Of a stretch of DNA of 64,000 nucleotides, positions 30,956-40,518 are shown piece by piece (position 1 is the stretch's first letter; the number at the start of each line of letters is the position of its first letter). The stretch is from positions 66,800-130,799 of the forward strand of contig PDPR01000011.1 of the NCBI GenBank assembly GCA_002749285.1, read 5' to 3'. Under the pieces are notes generated by a model, which did not search any database, had not been told where the DNA came from, and was given only the letters and a program-made list of their open reading frames with translations. A program made the translations under genes and the position numbers. This DNA comes from Maribacter sp. GTDB taxonomy: Bacteria; Bacteroidota; Bacteroidia; Flavobacteriales; Flavobacteriaceae.

Positions 30956-31083
30956 TTTTACGTTAGCAACAGTAATCAACCAGCTCGGTAAGATTAGACA
31001 TATTAATTTGTTAATCTAACCTGGATATGCCCATCTGGGGAATTGGCTACGACAATGGCATTTAGATAACGTTTCCCTAAATC

Positions 31084-31809
31084 TTAGTTCCTACCCTTCT
31101 CATTTAGGTAAAAAGTATGTACCGGATCGCTTTGCCAAACCTCCTTGGTGTGTGCATCAATAATCGACAATGGGCCATAAAAAGCCGCCCCTGTATCAAC
31201 ATTCCAGACATTGGCAGCATTTTGTGGTGTGGTTTCCCCTATGCGTGTTACCGGTGTATGCCCAATGAATATCTCGTCATAATGTGTTAACCTCTTTGGG
31301 TAATATGGGTGGTCTTTCCCTAGTGAAGGGTTCAGACAGAGTGCCAATTCCCATAAGGTCCTATCCCAATAAAAAATTTTCGTGAAATATTCGTGTTCAA
31401 CCCCTTTGACATTCGTAAAGCCTGCATGTAAATACATGCGGTTACCCGAATCCAAATGATAGTTGATCAACCGATCAAAGAACCTGATGTGGCCATCTAT
31501 GGTGGACCTACCGGCCTTTGCATAGGATGCCACAGTTGATGCCCCCCCATGTTGCAGCCAGACAGGATTTTCCTCTTCTGTTCGAAGCCAATTAGAACAA
31601 AGTTCATCGTGGTTTCCCCTTAAGAAAATACAATCATGGGTCTGTTCTAGACCGATCAAAAAGTCAATTGTTTCCACGGCATCACTCCACCCATCAACGT
31701 AATCCCCTAAAAAGATCAATCTATCGTTATGCGAAATGCCAGCTCGCAACAATACTTGTTCGAGTGCTTTTACCCCGGAATGAACATCCCCTATCACTAA
31801 AGTTCTCAT
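31084..31809 (-). CDS. calcineurin-like metallophosphoesterase (Ser/Thr phosphatase, PphA/PrpA type)
   Basis: IGDVH, LGDYVDG, RGNHD, HAG, IGHTP, VDTGA. Confidence 0.9.
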   Translation of the reverse strand: MRTLVIGDVHSGVKALEQVLLRAGISHNDRLIFLGDYVDGWSDAVETIDFLIGLEQTHDCIFLRGNHDELCSNWLRTEEENPVWLQHGGASTVASYAKAGRSTIDGHIRFFDRLINYHLDSGNRMYLHAGFTNVKGVEHEYFTKIFYWDRTLWELALCLNPSLGKDHPYYPKRLTHYDEIFIGHTPVTRIGETTPQNAANVWNVDTGAAFYGPLSIIDAHTKEVWQSDPVHTFYLNEKGRN

Positions 31810-32888
31810 TGTGTAAAAATCGCAATAAGTATTATCATTACAAGAATAAATAGTACCAAAAAGAAAATCTTCCAGAACGAATAGGGCCTAGTACCACTCA
31901 AAGTCCCTGTTTGCCCATTGATATAAAAAAGGAACTCCTTTCCGTTATACCGGTATGAACTGACATATACGGGAAGTAATATGTGCTTGAAAGTCTCGTC
32001 GGACAATTTAATATCGGCATGGTTGATGCGCTGTACGTCGCCACCAATATCCCCCCTGATCCAGCTATATGCGATTTCCTTGGCTTTTTGAAAAGACCTA
32101 TGGTGGCCTCCTTTCAATGATATGGTATATTTTTCGGTAATAAAACCCGCCAAATATTTCGAGTTGAACACAACCAGTTCCTTTAGGTTCCAATGGGCGA
32201 TCTTAACGGGTATTTCCCTTCTCTTTTTTTCCGAGGCATTTATAAGAATGTCATCTACGAAACCCTTTACGGTTCCAGATGCCAGCGACCACCTTGTTTT
32301 ACGAACCTGTCGGGTCCGCATACCGTTCTTGGTTCGCACCCTTTGTGTTTCATAATAATAATCCCCACGTTTTCCTTGATATTCCGCAAACAGTTTCGCA
32401 TCAAAGGTCCAATAAGGAATGTATAGCCCACGTATACCCTCGGGATCTAGGGCTGCCCGTTTTAGATTATCGGGGGCAAACCAGATTTGACCTATCCAGT
32501 TCTTAAAGATCGATCGGGCCTTTTTGGTATCCAACTGAAAAGGCACCAATGCCCCTGGCAAGATCCAACCTTCCTTCTCAATATCCTCACGGATCAAGGG
32601 TTCACCACAATAGACACATTCGAGGGATTTATAATTTTCCCCAACATGTTGGTTTGCCCCACAGTTTTTACAGTGTAACAGGTCTATGGTTTCCGTGTAG
32701 GCATTCTCCCCAACTACTTTAAGATAGTGCTGGAGTTCCAACTCCTCAAAACTGCTTTTGGCCTGTTCAATAAATTCCTCATAGCCACAATAGCCACAGG
32801 TAAGCTGGTGCGAACCTGGTTTGAATTTAAGTTCTGCCCCACAATTGGCACAGGATTTATTGGCTTCGGAATTAAGGGTTCTTTCCAT
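31806..32888 (-). CDS. double zinc-ribbon membrane protein (YdjG-like; often labelled PriA/TFIIB zinc ribbon)
   Basis: CANCGA..CGYCG, CKNCGA..CVYCG, LYIPYWTFD, ILLPVY, INGQTG, C-terminal TM. Confidence 0.8.
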   Translation of the reverse strand: MERTLNSEANKSCANCGAELKFKPGSHQLTCGYCGYEEFIEQAKSSFEELELQHYLKVVGENAYTETIDLLHCKNCGANQHVGENYKSLECVYCGEPLIREDIEKEGWILPGALVPFQLDTKKARSIFKNWIGQIWFAPDNLKRAALDPEGIRGLYIPYWTFDAKLFAEYQGKRGDYYYETQRVRTKNGMRTRQVRKTRWSLASGTVKGFVDDILINASEKKRREIPVKIAHWNLKELVVFNSKYLAGFITEKYTISLKGGHHRSFQKAKEIAYSWIRGDIGGDVQRINHADIKLSDETFKHILLPVYVSSYRYNGKEFLFYINGQTGTLSGTRPYSFWKIFFLVLFILVMIILIAIFTQ

Positions 32889-32943
32889 AAACAAATGTTG
32901 CATTTACCACGAATATGTGGAAATTCAATAAATATATGGTTGT

Positions 32944-34083
32944 TTAGACTGTTGGTAATGGTGGTGGTGTATTGCCCCCCAAGAAAACCTTTAATTCCTC
33001 GATATCCTTTAAAGCAGCCCAATTGGCCATCCCCTGTTTCCAGATAAGGGAATCCCTATTGATTGTCCTGCTGGCAAAAAGTTCCTTTAGCTTATCAAAA
33101 GTAACGGGGCCGGCCTGTTGTCCGTTCACTGCATAATGGTATAAAACCTGGGCAGGCATCGGTGGCGGTACTGCCGCAACTTGCTGGGGCTGGCCTCCAA
33201 AAGACTGTTGTGGCGTGGGCTGGCCCATCATACTGCCCATCTGTTGTGCCAATACGAACCCCATTCCCATTCCCATTCCCGCACCTGCGGTACCTCCTTC
33301 GTTCTTGGCAGCGGCCTCCATGGCTTTGGCAGCCTTGAATTGTGAAAGCTTGGTCATGTCAAGTTTATCCAATCTACTGTACTCGAAAATTTCTTTCTTG
33401 AGCTCTTCCGGCATAGAAACATTCTCTATGTAGAATTTCTCCAACTCTATACCCACACGGCCAAATTCGGGCTGCATTACCTCTTGGCAGGTTTCAGAAA
33501 GCTCACTGGTGTTTGCGGCATACATCTCAATAGGTAAATTGGCCTCGCCCACAGTATCGGTAAAACGAGTAACTATTAAGCTTTTCAAATGCTCATTAAC
33601 CTCATAGTTGGTAAAATTACCATCGGTACCAACGACATCGACCACAAATTTACCTGGATCGTTGATCCTAAAACTATAGGTGCCGAAAGCCCTGATCTCG
33701 ACCATACCGAAACGCCCATCACTTAGGATAAAAGGATTTTTGGTCCCCCATTTCTCATCTGTGAACAATCGGGTATTCACAAAATATACTTCAGCCTTGA
33801 AAGGGCTGTCAAACCCGTATTTCCATCCTTTTAATGTTGTCAGTATAGGTAGGTTCCTCGTATTCAAGGTATACGTGCCCGGCGTAAAGACATCGGCCAA
33901 TTGCCCCTCGTTTACGAAAACTGCCGTTTGGCCTTCGCGAACGATTAACTTCGCATTATTCTTTATTTCATTCTGATATCTTTCAAATCGATGTACTATG
34001 GTATCGTTTGTAGAGTCCAACCATTCTATGATATCGATAAATTCGTGACTTAGTTTGTTTTTTATTTCGTCAAATAAGTTCAT
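32944..34083 (-). CDS. SPFH (Band_7_1, YdjI-like) protein with C-terminal GYF_2 domain
   Basis: LIVREGQTAVF..G.Y.L.T.N.P, SPFKAEVYF, KWGT, GAGMGMGMG, NGQQAGP..LIWKQGMANW. Confidence 0.88.
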   Translation of the reverse strand: MNLFDEIKNKLSHEFIDIIEWLDSTNDTIVHRFERYQNEIKNNAKLIVREGQTAVFVNEGQLADVFTPGTYTLNTRNLPILTTLKGWKYGFDSPFKAEVYFVNTRLFTDEKWGTKNPFILSDGRFGMVEIRAFGTYSFRINDPGKFVVDVVGTDGNFTNYEVNEHLKSLIVTRFTDTVGEANLPIEMYAANTSELSETCQEVMQPEFGRVGIELEKFYIENVSMPEELKKEIFEYSRLDKLDMTKLSQFKAAKAMEAAAKNEGGTAGAGMGMGMGFVLAQQMGSMMGQPTPQQSFGGQPQQVAAVPPPMPAQVLYHYAVNGQQAGPVTFDKLKELFASRTINRDSLIWKQGMANWAALKDIEELKVFLGGNTPPPLPTV

Positions 34084-34374
34084 GTTACCAGTGTTTTTTA
34101 TTTTGTTAAAAGGTAAGGAATTCTTTATATGTTCCAAAAGGGAAAACACAATAAATATTTGGAAACACCTACGTTTTATCCAATGCTGTAAAATACAGGC
34201 AATCAAATAAATTTGTCAACTTTTTTTGTTGATAAATTTTTTATAAAACTGATTTACAGTGTTTTAACCATTTTTTCTTGTACACTTTACAATACTTTCC
34301 ATGAATAGATTATTTTCTTTTTATATATTTTTACACTTTCTTAATCCAAGCACTTAAAACCATATTATCCACAA

Positions 34375-36918
34375 ATGCAGTTAAAAACAATCCAATCCAA
34401 CAAGAAAATCTTTTCCCAAGAAGAAGCATACCAATCCAGCTTGGCCTATTTCAAAGGAGATGATCTAGCGGCTCAGGTTTGGGTAAACAAATATGCACTA
34501 AAAGATTCCAAGGGGAACATCTATGAACTTAACCCTGACGATATGCATCACAGAATCGCCAAGGAAATAAGCCGTATCGAAAAAAAATATCCGAATCCCC
34601 TATCTAAAAAGGAGGTCTATGATCTAATCAAGGATTTTAAGTATATCGTTCCCCAAGGTAGTCCTATGGCGGGTATTGGCAATCCTTACCAAGTCGCTTC
34701 CCTATCCAACTGTTTTGTTATAGGTAACGAAGGAAATTCGGATTCCTATGGGGGAATCATGAAGATAGACCAAGAGCAAGTACAATTAATGAAGCGTCGT
34801 GGCGGGGTTGGCCATGACCTTTCACACATTAGGCCCAAAGGTTCAGCTGTTAAGAATTCAGCCTTGACCTCTACAGGACTTGTTCCTTTTATGGAGCGTT
34901 ATTCCAATTCGACAAGGGAAGTGGCCCAAGATGGTCGAAGGGGGGCCTTAATGTTGTCGGCATCTATCAACCATCCCGATTCAGAAGATTTTATCGATGC
35001 GAAGATGGAGCAAGGGAAAGTAACAGGTGCCAACGTTTCGGTAAGGATCGATGATGGCTTCATGAATGCCGTTGTCAATAACACAACCTATACACAAAAA
35101 TTTCCCATATATAGTAGTGAGCCAAGATTCACAAAAGAGATAGAGGCCAATAAATTATGGGATAAAATCGTTCATAATGCATGGAAATCAGCAGAACCGG
35201 GAATTCTTTTCTGGGATACGATCATTAATGAATCGTTACCCGACTGCTATGCGGATCTAGGATATAAAACGGTTTCCACAAACCCATGTGGGGAAATCCC
35301 TTTATGCCCGTATGATTCCTGTAGATTATTGGCCATAAACCTTTTCTCCTATGTAGAGCAACCCTTCACCAAAAAAGCCTCTTTCAATTTCACGCTCTTT
35401 AAAAAACATGTTGCGGCCGCACAACGTATCATGGATGATATCATTGATCTTGAGTTGGAAAAGGTAAATGGCATTCTGGCCAAAATAGCCTCAGACCCTG
35501 AATTGGACGAAACCAAGGCCGTTGAGGTGCGGTTATGGGAAAAGATCAAGGAAAAAGCCGTTGAAGGCCGTAGAACCGGGATCGGTATTACTGCCGAAGG
35601 TGACATGTTGGCTGCCCTAGGAATGCGCTATGGTAGTGAGGAGGCCAATACCTTCTCTGTCGAGGTACACAAAACAATCGCTTTGGAAGCTTATAGGGCC
35701 TCTGTACATACAGCTAAGGAACGAGGGGCCTTTGAGCTTTTTGATGCTGAAAGGGAAAAGGACAACCCTTTTATGTTGCGCCTTAAGGAAGCTGATGAAA
35801 AGTTGTATTATGAAATGTTGGAATACGGTCGTCGCAATATAGCGTTATTGACCATTGCCCCTACAGGGACGACGAGTTTAATGACCCAAACCTCTTCGGG
35901 TATAGAACCCGTCTTCCTTCCTGTTTACAAACGAAGAAGGAAAGTTAATCCCAGTGACAAGAATTCAAAGGTCACCTTCGTTGATGAGGTTGGTGACTCA
36001 TGGGAAGAATATGTAGTATTCCACCATAGGTTCAAGCAATGGATGGAAGCCAATGATATTGAAACCTCTAAATCGTACAGTCAGGCAGAGCTCGATGAGA
36101 TCATAATGAAATCGCCTTACTACAAGGCAACATCAAACGATGTTGATTGGCTGAGCAAGATCCATTTACAAGGTGCCGTGCAAAAATGGGTTGACCACTC
36201 TATCAGTGTCACCATTAACCTGCCCAATGATGCTCCAGAGGAATTGGTGGGCAAATTATATTTGGAAGCATGGAAATCGGGGTGTAAGGGTGTAACCGTT
36301 TACCGCGATGGTTCCCGTTCTGGAGTACTGGTCTCCAATGAACCCGAAACCAAGGAAACCCTAACCCCATTCCCTACCAAACGCCCCCAGGTTTTGGATG
36401 CCGATGTTGTCCGTTTCCAGAACAATAAGGAAAAATGGATAGCCTTCATTGGGCTCATAGACGACAAACCCTATGAGATCTTTACCGGATTGGCCGATGA
36501 TGAAGATGGTATACTGATTCCCCGCTGGGTCGAAAAAGGATTGATCATCAAAAACAGAAAAGAAGATGGTTCTTCCAGATACGATTTTCAATACCAGAAC
36601 AAAAGAGGGTATAAAACCACTATTGAGGGACTTTCACATAAATTCAATCCAGAATTCTGGAACTATGCGAAATTGATCTCCAGCACCCTTCGCCATGGTA
36701 TGCCTATTGAGAAAATCGTTGATTTGATCAATAGCCTACAGTTGGAAGGGGAATCGATAAATACCTGGAAAAATGGTGTGGCCCGTGCCTTAAAACGTTT
36801 TGTTGAAGACGGCACTATAGTAAAAGGCCAAAAATGTGATAATTGTAAATCCACCAATTTAGTATACCAGGAAGGATGCCTAACCTGTACGGACTGTGGC
36901 TCTTCCAAATGTGGATGA
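34375..36918 (+). CDS. nrdJ: adenosylcobalamin-dependent (class II) ribonucleoside-diphosphate reductase
   Basis: LSNCFV, TNPCGEIPL, IAPTGT, KGVTVYRDGSR; C-terminal CxxC..CxxC..C; no beta-subunit gene adjacent. Confidence 0.92.
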   Translation: MQLKTIQSNKKIFSQEEAYQSSLAYFKGDDLAAQVWVNKYALKDSKGNIYELNPDDMHHRIAKEISRIEKKYPNPLSKKEVYDLIKDFKYIVPQGSPMAGIGNPYQVASLSNCFVIGNEGNSDSYGGIMKIDQEQVQLMKRRGGVGHDLSHIRPKGSAVKNSALTSTGLVPFMERYSNSTREVAQDGRRGALMLSASINHPDSEDFIDAKMEQGKVTGANVSVRIDDGFMNAVVNNTTYTQKFPIYSSEPRFTKEIEANKLWDKIVHNAWKSAEPGILFWDTIINESLPDCYADLGYKTVSTNPCGEIPLCPYDSCRLLAINLFSYVEQPFTKKASFNFTLFKKHVAAAQRIMDDIIDLELEKVNGILAKIASDPELDETKAVEVRLWEKIKEKAVEGRRTGIGITAEGDMLAALGMRYGSEEANTFSVEVHKTIALEAYRASVHTAKERGAFELFDAEREKDNPFMLRLKEADEKLYYEMLEYGRRNIALLTIAPTGTTSLMTQTSSGIEPVFLPVYKRRRKVNPSDKNSKVTFVDEVGDSWEEYVVFHHRFKQWMEANDIETSKSYSQAELDEIIMKSPYYKATSNDVDWLSKIHLQGAVQKWVDHSISVTINLPNDAPEELVGKLYLEAWKSGCKGVTVYRDGSRSGVLVSNEPETKETLTPFPTKRPQVLDADVVRFQNNKEKWIAFIGLIDDKPYEIFTGLADDEDGILIPRWVEKGLIIKNRKEDGSSRYDFQYQNKRGYKTTIEGLSHKFNPEFWNYAKLISSTLRHGMPIEKIVDLINSLQLEGESINTWKNGVARALKRFVEDGTIVKGQKCDNCKSTNLVYQEGCLTCTDCGSSKCG

Positions 36919-36940
36919 TAACTGTATTAAACCCTTGTAC

Positions 36941-36973
36941 ATAAAAGCGTATTGTACCCCAATACGCTTTTAT
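36941..36973 (+). terminator. intrinsic terminator after nrdJ
   Basis: ATAAAAGCGTATTG-taccc-CAATACGCTTTTAT. Confidence 0.8.
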
Positions 36974-37202
36974 TTAGTTTAACCATGAAATATATTTATG
37001 CGGTATTATCCCATCTAAAGGACCTTACACGAAAACACCCCTAGGATAGGGGTCAAACCAAACCATGCCATGGACAATACCAGGGTGTAATCCTTTATAA
37101 GGACCAAGGCTTCAAGAAACCACTTCCCCAAAAATCCAGACATTATTTTGGAATAAACCTATTTTTGTAAGTACCTTGGTAGCTATCAGCATCGAATAAT
37201 AT

Positions 37203-38153
37203 ATGAAGAAAATATTCTGTATCGGAGAACTACTCATTGATTTTATTGCCGAAAACCAAGGGAACAATATTGCCAAAGCCGAGATATTCACTAAAAAAGC
37301 AGGAGGGGCACCTGCCAACGTAGCCTGTGCCATCTCCAAACTTGGTGGCTTGAGCAAATTCATCGGTTGTGTTGGGCGCGATCAATTTGGCTCTTTCCTA
37401 TTGGACATTCTAAAGGGCAACCATGTCGATATAAGCCTAGCCCAACGGTCAAGAAACTTTACTACAATTGCCTTTGTCTCTATTGCTGAGGATGGGGAAC
37501 GCGATTTTGTCTTTAGCCGGGGAGCAGACAAGGAACTTAAATATGACTCCAATATCAAAAAATCGTTTCAAGGCAACATGGTTCATTTTGGTGCGGCCAC
37601 TGCATTTCTGGGCGGGGATCTGGAAGCTGCCTATGGACGGTATTTTTTTGATGCCCTTGCGCTAGATGCCTTTATAAGTTTTGACCCTAATTTTCGGGAA
37701 AACCTATGGAAAGGTGAGGAACATATCTTTATAAGAAAATGTACGCCCTACATACAAAAGACCCATTTATGCAAGTTTAGCCTTGAAGAGGCCCAATTGC
37801 TATCGGGAAAGACCGATTTGGACGAATGCTGTACTGTCCTGCACGAGATGGGCGCTAAGGTCATCACCATAACCTTAGGGAAGGAAGGCACCTTGTTAAG
37901 TACTGAAAGATCAAGACATACTATTCCAAGTGTATCTGTAAATACCGTAGATACCACAGGGGCCGGTGACGCCTTTATTGGTTGTCTGTTACACCAGATA
38001 TCAGGTCTACATGACCCCATGGAAATACTTAAGGATATAGAGCCCTTAATAGGAATGGTCAAAATAGCCAATAAAGCCGGAGCATTGACTACAACTAACT
38101 TTGGGGCAATTCCATCCTTGCCAAATCAGGAACAACTCCAAGCAGTCCTATAA
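37203..38153 (+). CDS. PfkB-family carbohydrate kinase (fructokinase-like)
   Basis: GGAPANVA, DPNFRE.LW, DTTGAGDAF. Confidence 0.92.
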   Translation: MKKIFCIGELLIDFIAENQGNNIAKAEIFTKKAGGAPANVACAISKLGGLSKFIGCVGRDQFGSFLLDILKGNHVDISLAQRSRNFTTIAFVSIAEDGERDFVFSRGADKELKYDSNIKKSFQGNMVHFGAATAFLGGDLEAAYGRYFFDALALDAFISFDPNFRENLWKGEEHIFIRKCTPYIQKTHLCKFSLEEAQLLSGKTDLDECCTVLHEMGAKVITITLGKEGTLLSTERSRHTIPSVSVNTVDTTGAGDAFIGCLLHQISGLHDPMEILKDIEPLIGMVKIANKAGALTTTNFGAIPSLPNQEQLQAVL

Positions 38154-38317
38154 ATCGAGCATCCATTTATGGGCGTCTTTTACCATGGCATCCGAAACAA
38201 CCATAGTAAATGATATTGTATTCCTTTTTGGGGAAAGGTCTCCCCCTAACCCCATATTGAACAAAGATCGGTTCTTTCAACCCTATTCGGGGAAAGTCCA
38301 CGAAAATCCCATTTACC

Positions 38318-39454
38318 TTAATTGTACTTCACCTTTCTTAAAATACGCAAAGCCTCTTTTAAGGAACTATAAACAGCCCTATCTGTCTTTTTCAATAGGG
38401 GACGTGCCTTTTCCATTAAGGGTTTGGCTTCTTCGAACCCATTTAGGAAACAGATAAGATAGGTTGATGGCAAACGGGCCAGTTCCTGCTTTTCAGTAGA
38501 TTCCAACATTTGTCCATTCTCCAACTTCATAAGCAAGGCATTGTTGATATCGAAAATATGGCGCAATGTTTTTGTATCGTACTTGGGTGGTTCAAAAATC
38601 ATTTTGCTTTGGATATGATAGGTGCCATTCTCTTCAAAAACGATTCTTACCTCTTCCAAAGGATAGTACTTATGGGACTTATCAAGTCCTAGTTGAACAT
38701 ATTCGGTAATCGTAAAACTATCATCATTATAGTCGACCCTAACCTCATCGAGTTCAGAGTAGAACAATCTTACCTGCTCGTTGATCAGCTCTATATCCAC
38801 CCGTGACAGATAAGTCTTGTTCTTCACTCTTTTGGTATGTCCCGCCCAACAAACCACAAATTGCTCCTTAAATACCTTGTAATTGCTATCCAGATCTTTA
38901 TGTCTATGGTTGATAAAGTCGATGACCCCATCCAAGGTCAACTCAATATTATTCTGTGCATGTAGTTCTATGGTGGCAACAACCTCGGAATTGATTTCTT
39001 TCAATCCAATATCATAGACCCTGGGCATGCTTATACTGCCCTCCCTGAAAAAAACCGAACCACCATGGTATTTCCAGATATTCTTTCTTAATGAACAGAC
39101 CTTCCCACTAGAGCTTATCGTGACCAGACCCACAACCTTGCCTTCGGGAAGGTGTGGAAAGGGAATATTCTCATAGGCAATCAACGGAGGGTTGTCCAAA
39201 TAGGCATTGATCAGGTTCTGTATCTTACTATCATCAAAAAAATCGACCCCAACAATGTCGTTATCAACATCCTCTACCCCAATTACTATAAACGAATGGT
39301 TCGTTGGGTTGCTGTTGGCCAAGGCACATACATGCTTTAGGAATTTGGCCTTCCCTTCCTTGTTGCCAATTGCTATAAAACGCTTTTTGTCATAAAAACT
39401 ATTCTCCCCATTATGGGCGAGAAGGCTTTTTACCAAGAGGCGTTTGTTAATCAT
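38318..39454 (-). CDS. AlbA_2 (Schlafen-like) domain protein with DUF5929-type C-terminus
   Basis: ENSFYDKK...FLKHVCALANS..FIVIGVED AlbA_2 signature. Confidence 0.8.
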   Translation of the reverse strand: MINKRLLVKSLLAHNGENSFYDKKRFIAIGNKEGKAKFLKHVCALANSNPTNHSFIVIGVEDVDNDIVGVDFFDDSKIQNLINAYLDNPPLIAYENIPFPHLPEGKVVGLVTISSSGKVCSLRKNIWKYHGGSVFFREGSISMPRVYDIGLKEINSEVVATIELHAQNNIELTLDGVIDFINHRHKDLDSNYKVFKEQFVVCWAGHTKRVKNKTYLSRVDIELINEQVRLFYSELDEVRVDYNDDSFTITEYVQLGLDKSHKYYPLEEVRIVFEENGTYHIQSKMIFEPPKYDTKTLRHIFDINNALLMKLENGQMLESTEKQELARLPSTYLICFLNGFEEAKPLMEKARPLLKKTDRAVYSSLKEALRILRKVKYN

Positions 39455-39534
39455 GGGAATTGTGTGCTATAGATCCGGGAATCGAAAAATCCAATTACAT
39501 CCCAAACCCTTTCTTTCAACGATCTTGATCCACA

Positions 39535-40290
39535 TTAATTATTCTTGTTTACAATAGTAGCACTGGCCTGTGCGGTCGGCATTACCAATAAATCGGCAAT
39601 ATTCACATGATAAGGCCGGGTGACCATAAAAAGGATGATGTCGGCGATATCCTCTGGCTGTAAGGCTTTCAGGCCCTGATATACCTTGGCCGCCTTATTG
39701 CTATCACCCTTAAAACGCACTTGGCTGAATTCGGTCTCTACCAATCCTGGATTTATGGCCCCTACCCGAATACCATACTGGTTAAGATCGATCCGCATAC
39801 CTTGGTTTATGGCATCAACCGCATATTTACTGGCACAATACACATTACCCCTAGGATATACTTCCTTACCCGCAATAGAACCGATATTTATGATATGCCC
39901 CCCTTTTTTGGCTATCATTTTTGGCAAAACCGCTTTCGACACATAGAGCAAACCTTTTACATTGATATCGATCATGGCATCCCAGTCATCCAGACTACCT
40001 TCCCCGATGGGATCCAAACCATGGGCATTGCCCGCATTGTTGACCAAAATACCGAGATCGGAAAATTCCAGGGGCAAAGTATTGATCTGCCGGGCAACCT
40101 GCTCCCTGTCCCGAACATCAAAATTAAGTGTATGTACATCGGTCAAACCCCCCAGTTCTTTCTGTAGTTCATGTAAACAGGCTTGTCGTCTTCCACAAAT
40201 GACCAATCTAAAATTGTTTGCCGCGAAAAGCCTTGCTGTCGCACGCCCTATTCCACTAGTAGCACCTGTTATCAAAGCTGTTTTATCCAT
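39535..40290 (-). CDS. SDR oxidoreductase (YdfG-like)
   Basis: TGATSGIG, NNAG, YCASK, PGLVETEFS. Confidence 0.92.
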   Translation of the reverse strand: MDKTALITGATSGIGRATARLFAANNFRLVICGRRQACLHELQKELGGLTDVHTLNFDVRDREQVARQINTLPLEFSDLGILVNNAGNAHGLDPIGEGSLDDWDAMIDINVKGLLYVSKAVLPKMIAKKGGHIINIGSIAGKEVYPRGNVYCASKYAVDAINQGMRIDLNQYGIRVGAINPGLVETEFSQVRFKGDSNKAAKVYQGLKALQPEDIADIILFMVTRPYHVNIADLLVMPTAQASATIVNKNN

Positions 40291-40518
40291 TTGTCCTTTT
40301 TTATGGTAAAAGATACCCATGGCTATGGTTTTCGGAAATTTGCCAATGTTTGCCATAGGGGTGTGAAATTAAAAAGAAATCACTTAAAAACTTCATAAAA
40401 ATAAGGGCTTTCATGAATTTTTAACCATACATTAACAGCGTTACTATGAATAAATTTTCAATTTGCACCACTGAATCAAAATCAACTTGAACCAATACCC
40501 AAAAATGCAATAGAATAT

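Noticed and set aside
34200-34375. Cobalamin riboswitch or NrdR boxes upstream of nrdJ
   Set aside because: AT-rich spacer with no B12-box or tandem NrdR consensus visible
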